Shown here: positions 1-13,813 of the stretch, in pieces | Position numbering within the stretch: position 1 is the stretch's first letter | Layout of the letters: every line of letters starts with the position of its first letter | Sequence record: LT986467.1 | Length of the DNA: 32,000 nucleotides | Strand: one strand, 5' to 3' | The notes under the pieces: model-generated | Told to the model about the DNA's origin: nothing | What the model saw: only the letters and a program-made list of their open reading frames with translations | The model's database searches: none | Program-made: the position numbers and the translations under genes

Positions 1-600
1 CCTATTAATCATGGATTTAATAATACATTAAATTCTATAAATTTTATTAATAAAATATTTAATTTTTTATCAAAATTATATTTGTAATATTGATCATATC
101 TTTTATATGTTAATAATTTACCATTAATATAATAAAAAAAAAAAATTATTTGTTCTGATTCTTTTATAATATTTCATTTAACTACTGTTAATTATTTTTT
201 AGTCCGGCCCGCCCGCGGGGCGGACGCCGAAGGAGAATTATTTTTATAATCAATATATCCTATTTTTAAATATTAATATAAATAATGAGCTAAAGGTGCA
301 TTTTCAATAGAAAATACAATTGAAAATGTTCTAGTATAAATATTATCATCTTCTTCAAATAAATCAGATAAATAATAACCTTTCTCTTTTTCAGTAAAAT
401 CTTCTAATATTTATGATAAATTATTATTATTATCTTTATATAATTTTATTTAATATTTATTTATAATATCTTTATAATTATTTAAAATATCTTTATAAAT
501 ATTATTAATATCATTCACAGTCGCAAAACCAGTAATTAAATGAATTTGTGATGCTAAACTTATATTATTATTTATTATTATATTATTATTAGAAATTATA
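1..600 (-). pseudogene. Fragmented intron ORF (LAGLIDADG-type remnants) inside the aI5beta-position intron
   Basis: Minus-strand pieces are separated by TAA/TAG stops. One reads ...SLASQIHLITGFATVNDINNIYKDILNNYKDIINKY* (stop at 450-452). Another reads [45 protein letters not shown] (408-273). ...LNPWLMG lies at 1-20. A GC cluster is inserted at 201-235. Confidence 0.5.
201..235. repeat. GC cluster (AGTCCGGCCCGCCCGCGGGGCGGACGCCGAAGGAG) inside the intron ORF remnant
   Basis: A 35-nt G+C island within >85% A+T sequence. It shares the AGTCCG...GGACGCCGAAGGAG ends with the cluster at 15913. Confidence 0.9.
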
Positions 601-1127
601 TTATTATTATTTAATAATAATTATATTAGAATAATTAAAACCTATAAAAATAAAATATATAATTTAAATTTTATATCAGTTTATAATCTTTTATAAAAAA
701 AAATAATAATAAAAAAGATTATATATTTATAACTAATATAATAATATATATATTTAATATTTTTTTTTTAATATTAACTTATATTTACATATAAGATTGG
801 ACTATCTCTTAATTTTAATATTTAAATAATATTAAAATCATTCACGTTTAGTCTCTACAATACTTTAATATATAATATATATATATTAAAGTTATCACGG
901 GATTGTCTTATTTATTATATAAATAATAATTATAAGAGTTTCCCCGTTAGCTATATATATATATATATATAACCAATAATATTTAATAATTTTTTATTTA
1001 TATAAAATTAATCATAAGATATTAATTTTTTATATATTTTTTATATATTTATTATAATTTATTATATATTATTTTAGTGAATTTTTATCACGACACTTAT
1101 TAAATTAAAATTAAAATTAATATTAAT

Positions 1128-1262
1128 ATCGTGGAATGCTACATCTAATGAGGCGTTAGCTAAGGCAACACCAGTTAAACCACCCATTGTGAATAAGAAT
1201 AAGAATGCAATTGCATATAACATAGGTAGTGCTAATCTAATTGAACCACCATAGATTAGAGC
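1128..1262 (-). CDS. COX1: COX1 exon (codons 325-369)
   Basis: Translates with code 3 to [45 protein letters not shown]. It is 135 nt, the same length as the corresponding S288C exon. It is flanked by an intron ending in G and starts at a codon boundary. Confidence 0.93.
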
Positions 1263-2612
1263 CCTTTAATTTAACTTTAAAACATTTCAGTTTCAATTAA
1301 TAAAAATAATTTTAATTAATTTATATAATATTATTATTATATAATATTATCTAGCTAGTTAAATTTTATATTATAATAAAAAAAATTATGATTATAATAT
1401 CCTCAATTAAGAGGTCGAATATTAATATTATTATTAATACTTAAAACAAAATTATTGTTTTAAAATCATTACTGATCTCATTGGATTATACCTTATGTTA
1501 TCATATAATATATATATATATTACTTAGATAACCAGAGGCGTCTAATCTCTACGCTTTTACATATTAATTTCTTGAATATGATTTAGTTCGACGGTTGTC
1601 ATATAATTATTACTTATTCTAATTATATGGTTTTCCTCGAGTTTGCCTCTATATATATCAAAAAATGGGATAAATAATAAATAAATAAATTAATTAATTA
1701 ATTAATTAATTAATCATATTATATTTTTTGTCATAATATAATATCAAATTTATATTTTATAGAAGGTAAAATATATTTATAAATTATAGGAAATAATCTT
1801 TTAACAGATTCTACTTTTATATAAATAAGATATTGATGTCTAGATTTATGTAATAGACAATTTAAATTAAATTTAATTTTTAAAATATTTATAATAAAAA
1901 TTAATTCTTTAATTAGAAAAGATTGTAAATTTAAATATAAACCTCCACCTTTTATAAATGAACCATCACATATAATTATATGAGCTAAAGATTCATAATT
2001 TAATAAATCATATAAATTATTAGGTACAATTTTTACTCTACCATTATAAAATATATATCTTAAAATAGTAAAACATGGTAATGATCTAGTATAAAATTCT
2101 AATTGATTATATGATTTACCTTTAACTTTATCAATTTTAATTTTAGGATAACTTATACAATAATGTGATAATAATATAAATACATATATTAAATATTCAC
2201 TATGAATTATTGATTGTTTTAATCTAAATCTACAATTAATTTCTATAATTGTTTTTTTATCTAAATTTTTTTTAGATATATAATCAATTCAACCATCTGT
2301 TAATAAAATACCTGTTATAATATATATAATATTATTAGGAATACCTACTATATGTTTTACAATATTAGTATATATAGGTATACCAACACAAGATTCTAAA
2401 TTATAACCATATACTACTAATTCTTTATTAATATTATTTGGTTGAATATAATTTCTATTTGATCTTGGATAAATATTATATAAATTACCTTTATAAATAT
2501 CTCCTAATATAATTATATTATTATTATTTAAATATGTTTTTATTATCTTATTATTATTATTTTCTGATAATTTCTGATCAACTTTTTTTTTATCCTTGCT
2601 AAAGGGATTTAT
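1263..2612 (-). mobile_element. COX1 group I intron at the aI5alpha position (after CDS nt 972), 1350 nt
   Basis: The upstream exon ends ...TTC TCA TGA TTA (FSWL324). The intron ends ...AAAGG, followed by GCTCTAATC. The ORF sits in the 5' part and a mixed-composition core in the 3' part (1380-1680). Confidence 0.88.
1719..2612 (-). CDS. AI5_ALPHA: Intron-encoded double-motif LAGLIDADG homing endonuclease/maturase (I-SceIV-like), fused in frame to the upstream COX1 exon
   Basis: Hand translation gives 297 uninterrupted codons plus TAA (1719-1721) when TGA=Trp. Motifs are ...[15 protein letters not shown]... and ...LAHMIMCDGSFMKGGG.... Confidence 0.85.
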
Positions 2613-5015
<2,403 letters not shown>

Positions 5016-5717
5016 CATAAATTAATAATTAAATATTATTTAATTATTATAATTGTTTATATAAATATATATATTATATCTATATCTCAATATATTACTA
5101 TATTGTTCGGACTATGTCTTTAATATATAAAAATACCAAAATAAATATAAATAAATTTACAATATAAATTATATATTATTATATTATTTATTAATTAATA
5201 ATATTATTAATTGAATAAAAATTAATTGAATTAATATTATTATTATATAATATTTATTATTATTATACATTTATTAATTTTTTATAAAATATATAAATTT
5301 ATTAAAAATAAATTAATATTATCTTATTTATAAATTTATTATTAATATATAAATAAATATATATATATAATATTTAATATTAGCTTCATATATATATTGA
5401 AACATTATAATTAGAATATTATATATATATTAACAATATATTATTATTATTATTATAAATATTATAATTTTATATAAAAAGAATAATTATTATATTATTT
5501 GGAATGAAATATATTATATCATATTTAGTCTCTGAAATATTTAATTATTTATATAAATATTGGCATATTAACCTATATTATTAAACATTATAACTTAATA
5601 TATATTATTTATATATATATATATATATATTAAGTATTTTAATAATTATATATAATATTTATTATATATAAGGTATTTTATGCATTAAATGATATTTTAA
5701 AACTGCATATCCTTTTT
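5016..5717 (-). mobile_element. ORF-less COX1 intron inserted after CDS nt 386 (702 nt), presumed group I
   Basis: The exon ...GGA TGA ACT GT is followed by AAAAAGGATATGC.... The intron ends ...AATTTATG (terminal G), followed by A TAT CCA CCA. Splicing restores GWTV-YPPL. No reading frame longer than a few dozen codons exists. There is no GUGCG start and no domain V. Confidence 0.75.
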
Positions 5718-5932
<215 letters not shown>

Positions 5933-5953
5933 TCATATAAAAGAGCCCTCTCC

Positions 5954-5987
5954 GAACCGTACGTGATACTTTCATATCATACGGCTC
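5954..5987 (-). ncRNA. Group II intron domain V hairpin
   Basis: The minus strand reads GAGCCGTATGATATGAAAGTATCACGTACGGTTC. This is a 34-nt hairpin with the AGC triad and a GAAA loop, about 55 nt before the 3' splice site. Confidence 0.9.
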
Positions 5988-6021
5988 TCCATTTAACGCA
6001 TATTTAATAGTATAATAATTA

Positions 6022-8381
6022 TTATAAACCTGGACCATTATATTTACCTTGATGAACTTTAAAATGACATGTTTTACAGATAGTAATTTGTTTTCTATTT
6101 ATCTTAATCATTCTACCTAATAAATAATCATCTTTAATTTTATTGGCAGCATTATTTAATGTTCTTACGTGATGTACTTCTAAATCATGTTTAGAACCAC
6201 AAATTTGACAAATACCACTAAATAATGATAAAGATCTAGGTAACATATATTTATATCTATCTAAAATTTCATCAGGTGTATAATTAGAATCAGTTATATT
6301 TATTTTATGTCTAATTTTAAAATCATCAATACTAAAACTAACTTTTGAATGAGGATCAACTAATACTTTACCGAATTTTAAAATAACTTTCTTAACAGTA
6401 TTTAATTTAAATTTTCTTGCTAATGTTAAACAACATGAATAAAATAAAATGTATGTAATTCTACCTCTTAATGTGGTAAAATTGGTAGCTAATCTATAAT
6501 AGTTTATAATACCTCTACCAACAGCTAAGTAATGCATTAAAATGGTTTTCATTTCTTCATGAATTAATCTTCCAACCCCTCTGGGTTTTCATAAAATACC
6601 ATGAGAACAATAGCCATGTTTATTTAATTTTATTACAATACTTCTAATAGGGGCATTAACAACTAAACTAGTATGATGTCTAACCCTAATAAAATTATCA
6701 CCTTTTTTAATCATTCTATAAGGTCTTTTTTCTCAAGGTGTAATTTTTACATCATACCCTAAAAAACTAACTCCTTCTTTAGAATGTTTAATAACGGATT
6801 TATCTATATTAATTGACATACCTAAATTTTCTTTTAAGAAGTTATTAATATCGTTTAAAATATTTTTACAATCATTATGAGAACCCATTACACCAATGAT
6901 AATATCATCAGCATATCTAACAAAATAAGCTCTTTTAAAACTTTTATCAGATCCCATATTTCTTTGGTAATGGTCTCTTAATCTAATCAATTTTAATTTT
7001 TCAGATAATAATTTACATCTATAAATTTTAGATGATAAACTATTATAAATTGGATTTCTACCTCTATTAGACATATTTCCAGTATTGAATTCATTCTCAA
7101 ATTTATTTTCTAAATATTTATCTAATTTATCTATAAAAATATTACATAAAATAGGACTGACAACACTACCTTGAGGGATTCCTAAAGTTGTATTATGATA
7201 ATTATTATTTTTATCAACATATCCAGCTCTTAATAATTTATATAATAAGTCTATGAAACCTTTATCTTTGATTCTCTCATTTAATACATTAATTAACATA
7301 TTATGTGGAATTGTATCAAAGCATTTATTTAAATCTACTTTAATAAATCAATTACAGTATTGCATATAATTTTTACATTGAATAATAGCTGTTAAACAAG
7401 ATAAGTTAGGTCTAAATCCATGAGAATAATAAGAGAAACTATTATTATAGATAATTTCTAATATTATTCTCATACTTTCTTGTACAATTTTTTCTCTAGG
7501 ATTTCCAACACTTAAAGGTCTAAATCCTCCAGATGTTTTAGGAATTTCAACTCTTCTAACCGGAGAAAATTTAAACATATTAGTGTTAATATCTTTAGAT
7601 AATTTATTTAAATATGAAATATTAATCCCATCTAAGGTAATATTATTAGAACCTTTAGATATATTACCTTTCTTACTTTTAATTTTATTATAAGCAATTA
7701 ATAACATTCTAATATCTGACATTAATTTTAAAATTCTAGTATTAATGGTTTCAAGTTTATTATGATTATTTTCTATTAATTTATTTAACTCGGAAAAATC
7801 CGTAGTATTAATCTTTGTTAAATACGCTAAACTGTCTTCCTTCCTTGCATTTAATTTAGATAAAGTACTAAAGTATCTCACTTTATTTAAATTAAATTTG
7901 GGTACTATGAAGACTCCGTTATCCCCAGGGTTTCCCCTTTCGGACAATCCCGTATTTCTTAATTTTCCATTTGAACTCGTACAGCCCTCCGAATGTCAAC
8001 TTTTACTTAAAGCTAATGATTCATTTTTGGTTAACTCGTGTACCTCTTCTTCCAATACATAAGCATGAATCACAATCCCCAAGTGGGAAGGAGTTAATGA
8101 GAACCCTAAACATTCTTTACAGGAATTCGTTAACCTAGCCATCGGACAGTTCTTACCTTGCGCTGGCTGTTTTACTCCAGCGCTTTTATGGCATGCTATT
8201 GTCCCCGTTGAGTTGGCCCCAACTGGGTAAGCCATATGGTTTACGTATCTAAATACTATGTATGTTACTACTAATAATCAGAACCAAAATGATACGGTAA
8301 AGTTTTCATTAATTGAATAAACAGAGATATGTTTATCAATTAACACTTCAATACAGTGATAAATTAAGCGAAACGGCGCAC
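6022..8381 (-). CDS. AI2: aI2 reverse transcriptase / maturase / H-N-H endonuclease, in frame with COX1 exon 1 (854 codons counted from the COX1 ATG)
   Basis: The five ORF-track pieces (8529, 8235, 7947, 7299 and 6552 ends) share one frame, and the gaps between them contain only TGA (Trp) codons, checked by hand. The RT motif [15 protein letters not shown] is present. YADD is at 6904-6915. The X domain reads ...[31 protein letters not shown].... The C-terminal part reads [15 protein letters not shown]...[13 protein letters not shown]. The stop TAA is at 6022-6024. Confidence 0.9.
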
Positions 8382-8586
8382 AGAAAATCATTAATACAGC
8401 ATGACCAACTACTAAAACATTAAATAATTGTGAATTCCCTTGTAAATATTGTGAACCAGGTGCAGCTAATTCTAATCTAATGATTAAAGACATTGCTGTT
8501 CCTGCCATACCACTAAAAATAGCTAACATAAAATATAATACTGCAATATCTTTTGCATTTGTTGAATATAATCATCTTTGTACCAT
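8382..8586 (-). CDS. COX1: COX1 exon 1 (CDS nt 1-205; equals S288C exons 1+2 fused, so aI1 is absent)
   Basis: ATG at 8584-8586. Translates to [68 protein letters not shown], uninterrupted through nt 169. Confidence 0.95.
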
Positions 8587-8977
8587 TTTTACTTTTTTTT
8601 TATATATTAATTTTAATAATATTATAATTATTATATTCATTATAATTAATATTATATCATTTATAATATAATATAATTGAATTTATAGTATTAATTTTTT
8701 TATGAATATTATATAATATTTTAGTTATAACTTTAAACAATTATTTTTATATCTTTATAATAATTTTTTTATATTATTAAAGTAATAGTATAATTATTTT
8801 TTATATATATATTATTTATATAAATGTATCATAATTTATAATATAATATAAATATATATATTAAAATCATTTAATTATATATATATATATATATATTTAA
8901 TGAAATTAATATTATCTTTCATAATATTATTAATATTATTAATTAATAATATTTTTGAATATTATTATTATATCTAC

Positions 8978-8986
8978 TACTTATAT
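8978..8986 (-). promoter_or_regulatory. Candidate COX1 promoter (mitochondrial nonanucleotide ATATAAGTA)
   Basis: An exact ATATAAGTA on the minus strand (plus-strand tacttatat). The predicted +1 is 392 nt upstream of the COX1 ATG. It is the only exact match between COX1 and the ori element. Confidence 0.6.
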
Positions 8987-9538
8987 CAATACTTATTATT
9001 TAATATTAACCATAATTTTATTAATTACAAATATAATATACTTTTTTATAATATATCTTATTAAAATATTTATTTATATATTTTATTATATATAATATTT
9101 ATTAAATACCTATATTATATATTATATATACCTTTTTATATATATATATATACTTTTTTTATATAATATATATTATTTATATAGTTTTTATATATATCTA
9201 TTATATAATTTATTATTATTAATACAAAATAAAAAGTCATATTAATTTATATTTTTATAAATATATTTAAAAATTTATTAATATAATTATTCATAATTTA
9301 TTTAATAATATTTATATTATATATCTTAATAATATATATATCATAAGAATAATCCAATATATATAAATAATTGAATTGAATTAATTGTATACAATTTAAA
9401 TAAATTTATTATTTATTATTAATATTATATAAAATATATTTAATATAAAATATTATATTTTTTTTTCTTATAATTAATATATATATATATTATATAAATA
9501 TATTAAAAATAATATAGTTATATTTTTTAGTATTTAAT

Positions 9539-9830
9539 ATATAAGTAATAAATTAAATTTTATAGGGGGAGGGGGTGGGTGATTAGAAACTAAAATGAAT
9601 AATATATATTAAGCATACATAAGATAATATTTAATAAGATAATAAATAGATAATAATTATAAAATAATTAATTATATAATATAAATAATGTATTAACAAT
9701 ATAATAAATTAAATATAAATAAATTATAAATAAGAAATAAAATTAAATATATAAAATAATTAAATAAAAACAAGAAGATATCCGGGTCCCATAATAAATT
9801 ATTATTGAAAATAATAATTGGGACCCCCAC
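9539..9830 (+). promoter_or_regulatory. Complete ori/rep-type element: r promoter, GC cluster C, long AT stretch, cluster B, AT palindrome, cluster A
   Basis: ATATAAGTA at 9539-9547. GGGGGAGGGGGTGGGTG at 9565-9581. CCGGGTCCC at 9782-9790. An AT-only spacer follows, then GGGACCCCC at 9820-9828. This is the architecture of S. cerevisiae ori elements. Confidence 0.85.
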
Positions 9831-10825
9831 CTCAAATATAAATTATAAATAAATATATATATATAATTAATAATTTATATATTATATTATAATAAATAAT
9901 AAATATTTATTAATAATTATAAATATTTTATATAATATATATTTTATATAATTTTTTATGATTATTTTATATAAATAATAATATTTTAATATATTTATAT
10001 AAATAATATTCATTAGATATATAATTATATATATGTAATACGTATAACATTATCTATAGTTTATGAATAATATTATTCTATTGTTTATAACTATATAAAT
10101 CTTTCATATATTTTATTCTTAATAAATTTATTTACCTCTTTATAAATAAAAATTATAGATATTATATAAATTTTATAAATAATTTTAATATATATATACT
10201 TTTTATAATTAATAATCTTATTACTTTATATATATTATTTAATAATAAAAAAAAAATCATATATATTTACATAAAAATAAAATATTAATTTTATTATTAA
10301 GATTTTATTAATAATAATAATAATATATAAAATATATAAATAATAATAAATACATATAAAATATTATTAATGAATATTTTAATAAATAAATAAATAAGAA
10401 TTATAAATTCATATTAATAATAATAAATAAATAAATAAATAAAGAAAGAAATAAATCTTTCACAATTAATATTAATTCAATTCTATTATATATTGGATCT
10501 ATGATGATTAAATATTTATATTCTATTAATAATTATAATATTTTTATTAATAATAATAATATAATTAAGATTATAAATATAAAATACTTAATTATAATTA
10601 TATATAAAATATTAAAATAATATATAATCTAATCTTTTAATAAATATATAATAATAATATATTAATATAATATTATTATTAATGAATATTTATTATAAAT
10701 AAATAAAAAGTATAAATTTAATATTATAATTAATATTAAATAATATTAAGACTATAATTTAAATTATAACCTTGAATATAAATAATTATATATTAAATAT
10801 ATTTAATAAAGTTTATTATTTATTT

Positions 10826-10995
10826 AGTTTCGGGGCCCGGCCACGGGAGCCGAAACCCCGAATAGGAGTGAACACCTATATTTATATAGGTGTGAATACC
10901 CGTAGGGGAGTTCCGGGGCCCGGTTACGGGAACCGGAACCCCGATAGGAGTGAGGGACCCCCTCCCGTGAGGGAGGGGTGACCGAACCCCTCGTT
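10826..10995 (+). repeat. Compound GC cluster of four modules (M1 10826-10866, M2 10867-10908, M3 10909-10948, M4 10949-10995)
   Basis: The sequence is AGTTTCGGGGCCCGGCCACGGGAGCCGAAACCCCGAATAGG / AGTGAACACCTATATTTATATAGGTGTGAATACCCGTAGGGG / AGTTCCGGGGCCCGGTTACGGGAACCGGAACCCCGATAGG / AGTGAGGGACCCCCTCCCGTGAGGGAGGGGTGACCGAACCCCTCGTT. Each module is internally palindromic. Confidence 0.9.
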
Positions 10996-11060
10996 ATTTA
11001 TCATAGATAAAAAAATAATATTATTATCAATTAATTATATATTATAATATAATATAATAT

Positions 11061-11103
11061 AATACGTATTAAACATTACCCGTTATTCACTGGCAATGTT
11101 TAA
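11061..11103. repeat. AT-rich hairpin with a GTTATTCAC loop (12-bp stem with 1 mismatch)
   Basis: TTAAACATTACC (11069-11080) and GGCAATGTTTAA (11092-11103) flank the loop CGTTATTCACT. The hairpin is preceded by AATACGTA. Confidence 0.6.
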
Positions 11104-11576
11104 TCATATTTGTATATAATTGTTAATAAAAAATTAATATTATTATTAATTAATTAATACATTATATAGATATTTATTTTAATATTATAATATTTTTTTT
11201 ATTGTTTTAATAATATATTATATAAATTAATATATATATTTATTTATACTTATAATAATTAATATATTATATATATATATATATAAAATATATTTAATTT
11301 ACCTTTATTAATATTTATTTAATATTATTATAGATTAATATTAATTTGATTATTTATCGATACCTAATTCAATTACATAGTATATTTATTTATTAATAAT
11401 ATATATATAAATTTTATAAAAATAATATAAAAAGATATATAAATAATATATATCTATAAAGTATAAAAATATATTAAATATTTAACATATCATAAATTTA
11501 ATTAATATTATAATAATTGATAAATAATAATATATTAGATAAATTTTATAAATAATTATTATTTAAAATAATAATA

Positions 11577-11629
11577 CCCCCGCGGGCGCCAAACCGGTTG
11601 TTCACCGGTTTGGTCCCATGGGGGGGGGG
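11577..11629. repeat. GC cluster, hairpin family 2
   Basis: The sequence is CCCCCGCGGGCGCC-AAACCGGT-TGTTC-ACCGGTTT-GGTCCCATGGGGGGGGGG. The CCAAACCGGT/ACCGGTTTGG stem is a perfect 10 bp. Confidence 0.85.
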
Positions 11630-11768
11630 AAGATATTTTATATTATTTATTTTTATATAAATATAAATATAAAAACATTTAATAAATATTATTTTATTGA
11701 TATTATATTACTTATTTTTTTTTTATACATTTATATTTTATTATAATATATATATATATATATTAGAC

Positions 11769-11802
<34 letters not shown>

Positions 11803-12168
11803 ATTATAATTAATAATTAAAGATTTCTTATTTATAAATATATTAATTTTATAAAAATATGAATATTATTTATTATTATTATTTTAATAAATATATTTTA
11901 TATAATATTAATAGTTTATTAATTTTTCTATTAAATAAATTTTATAAATAATACAATATAATCGTATTATTTTTATTATATTAATGAAGGATATAAAATT
12001 TATAAAAATATTAAATAAAGTAATATATTATATATTAATTATATATAAAAAGATATATATTATATATATATTTTATATTATTTTTTTTAATAATATAATT
12101 TTTATTTGTTAATAAATAAAATTTTATAATAAATTAAATTTTATAATAAATAAATAAAATTTTATAAT

Positions 12169-12432
12169 AGGAGGGTGATTATAAACTTAATTGAATAATA
12201 TATATATAATATACATTAGTTAATATTTAATAATATAATCAATTAAAATTATTATAATAATATAATAAATTATATAATATAAATAAAAATATAAACGAAA
12301 TAATAAATTGTATAAAATAAATTATAATATTAAATAAAAATCAAATAATTAAAATAATTAAATAAGAACAAGAAGATATTCGGGTCCCATTAATAATTAT
12401 TATTAAAAATAATAATTGAATTGGGACCCCAC
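12169..12432 (+). repeat. ori-like copy 2: degenerate cluster C (AGGAGGGTGATT), no promoter, intact B (12381-12388) and A (12423-12430)
   Basis: CAAGAAGATATTCGGGTCCC...AATAATTGAATTGGGACCCC aligns almost base for base with 9770-9830. The C region is reduced to GGAGGGTG and no ATATAAGTA lies upstream. Confidence 0.75.
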
Positions 12433-12666
12433 CTATAATATAAATTATAAATAATTAATAATAATATATTAAATATAATTATTATATTAATAATATAATA
12501 TAACTCCCTATAATTAAATTAATTAATTATAAAGATAAATAAAATTATAATAAAATATTATAAAAAATAATATAAATTATAAAGAATAAAATTATTTATA
12601 TAATAATATAAAAATATTAAATAAATGAGATAAAGAATATAATAAATTGTAAACAAGAAGATATAT

Positions 12667-12726
12667 GGGTCCCTTAAATTTAATTAAATAATTATCAAAA
12701 ATAATAATTGAATTGAATTGGGACCC
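12667..12726 (+). repeat. ori-like copy 3: an A/B hairpin unit only
   Basis: CAAGAAGATATATGGGTCCC ... AATAATTGAATTGAATTGGGACCC. No cluster C lies in the 230 nt upstream. Confidence 0.7.
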
Positions 12727-12730
12727 ATTA

Positions 12731-12807
12731 TAAAATATAAAATATAAAATATAAAATATAAAATATAAAATATAAAATATAAAATATAAAATATAAAATA
12801 TAAAATA
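12731..12807. repeat. Heptanucleotide tandem repeat (TAAAATA) x11, immediately after ori-like copy 3
   Basis: Counted directly: 11 perfect 7-nt units. Confidence 0.9.
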
Positions 12808-12973
12808 TAAATAAATATATATATAAATATAATAATAAATAATATAATAATTATATATATATATAAATATATAATAATTTCATTATTATAATAATTTATA
12901 CTTAAAAATTAATAATAATAATAAAATACTTTAATTCAACTTAATTGTATTATATTTATTCATCGAATAATGT

Positions 12974-13009
12974 TAATATTAATATTAATATTAATATTAA
13001 TATTAATAC
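12974..13009. repeat. (TAATAT)n hexanucleotide repeat, about 6 units
   Basis: Direct reading of the sequence. Confidence 0.85.
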
Positions 13010-13767
13010 CTTATAATATTATATAATAAATATAAATTTTATAAATATTTCATAAATATTTTATTAATAATATAATTAATACAGATTAAACATTACCAAT
13101 TTTAATAGATAATATTTAACTATATTATTCTATATATAATTAATAAATAAAATTATTATATATAATATATTAAAATAAATAGTCTTATCATAATATTATA
13201 TATTATATTATATTATATTATGTTATATTATATTATGATATTATAAAATATAAAATAAAAAATATATAAGTGAGTAATTCTATTATAAATAATAGTAATA
13301 TTAATATTATTTTATTAATAATATAATCATGTAATATAATATTAGTTCGATTTTCCATAAAGGAAGGACCATATACCGAAGGAGTAAATAATTTACCATA
13401 TAAATTATTAATTATTAATAATTATTTATGATTTATAATTAATAAATAAGGAAATATAAATACTTAATTTAATTTATTTTTTTTTAATAAATATTATAAA
13501 TATTATAAAAAAGTATTATAAAAAGATAATAATAAGATAGATATATTTATATATATTTTTATATATAATATATAAATAAAATAATTAGAGTATAATATAA
13601 ATTTTATTACAATTAGTTATCAATTTTATTATTCATATATATATATATTATATAAATTTTAATTAATAAAAATAAAATTATAAATATAAAAAAGTAATAT
13701 AATTTTTTATAAAAAAAATAAATAATAATCAAATAAATAATATAATAAATAAGAATAAGAAGAAATA

Positions 13768-13813
13768 TGGATTCCATTAATAATTATTATTTTCAATAAT
13801 AATTGATACCCTC
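13768..13813 (+). repeat. ori-like copy 4: decayed A/B unit
   Basis: AAGAAGAAATATGGATTCCATTAATAATTATTATTTTCAATAATAATTGATACCCTC keeps the flanking box and the AT palindrome. The arms (GGATTCC / GATACCC) are no longer complementary. Confidence 0.55.

Larger units (their letters stand above)
1..1127 (-). mobile_element. COX1 intron at the aI5beta position (group I type). Partial: it runs off the left edge of the window.
   Basis: It begins right after the exon ending ...GCA TTC CAC GAT (Cox1 D369, CDS nt 1107), which is the S288C aI5beta insertion point as I recall it. There is no GUGCG 5' end. The sequence is AT-rich with a few mixed-composition islands (about 780-950). Confidence 0.7.

Noticed and set aside
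5016-5717. The possibility that the ORF-less COX1 intron is a degenerate group II intron.
   Set aside because: It has no GUGYG 5' end and no domain V-like 34-nt hairpin. It does have an exon-terminal U and an intron-terminal G, which fit group I boundaries. The group I assignment is still presumptive.
6022-8529. The five separate minus-strand ORFs in the track (8278-8529, 7996-8235, 7348-7947, 6733-7299, 6022-6552) look like a broken gene or pseudogene.
   Set aside because: They share one frame, and the only codons separating them are TGA, which is Trp in yeast mitochondria. I translated every gap by hand and found no TAA or TAG. Together they form COX1 exon 1 plus the intact aI2 RT/maturase frame.
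8480-8671. A 63-aa plus-strand ORF.
   Set aside because: It is antisense to COX1 exon 1 and runs into the AT-rich leader. The translation is a low-complexity Ile/Asn/Phe artefact.
10772-10981. A 69-aa plus-strand ORF rich in Gly/Pro/Arg. The 61-aa minus-strand ORF at 23420-23605 is similar.
   Set aside because: Both are open only because they cross stop-poor GC clusters. The coding sequence is the palindromic repeat modules themselves.
11247-11255. A minus-strand TTATAAGTA promoter-like box in the middle of the spacer.
   Set aside because: No gene lies downstream before the COX1 promoter box at 8978, and single 9-mer matches can arise by chance in >85% A+T DNA. I did not list it as a feature, but it cannot be excluded as an upstream COX1 or ori-associated promoter.
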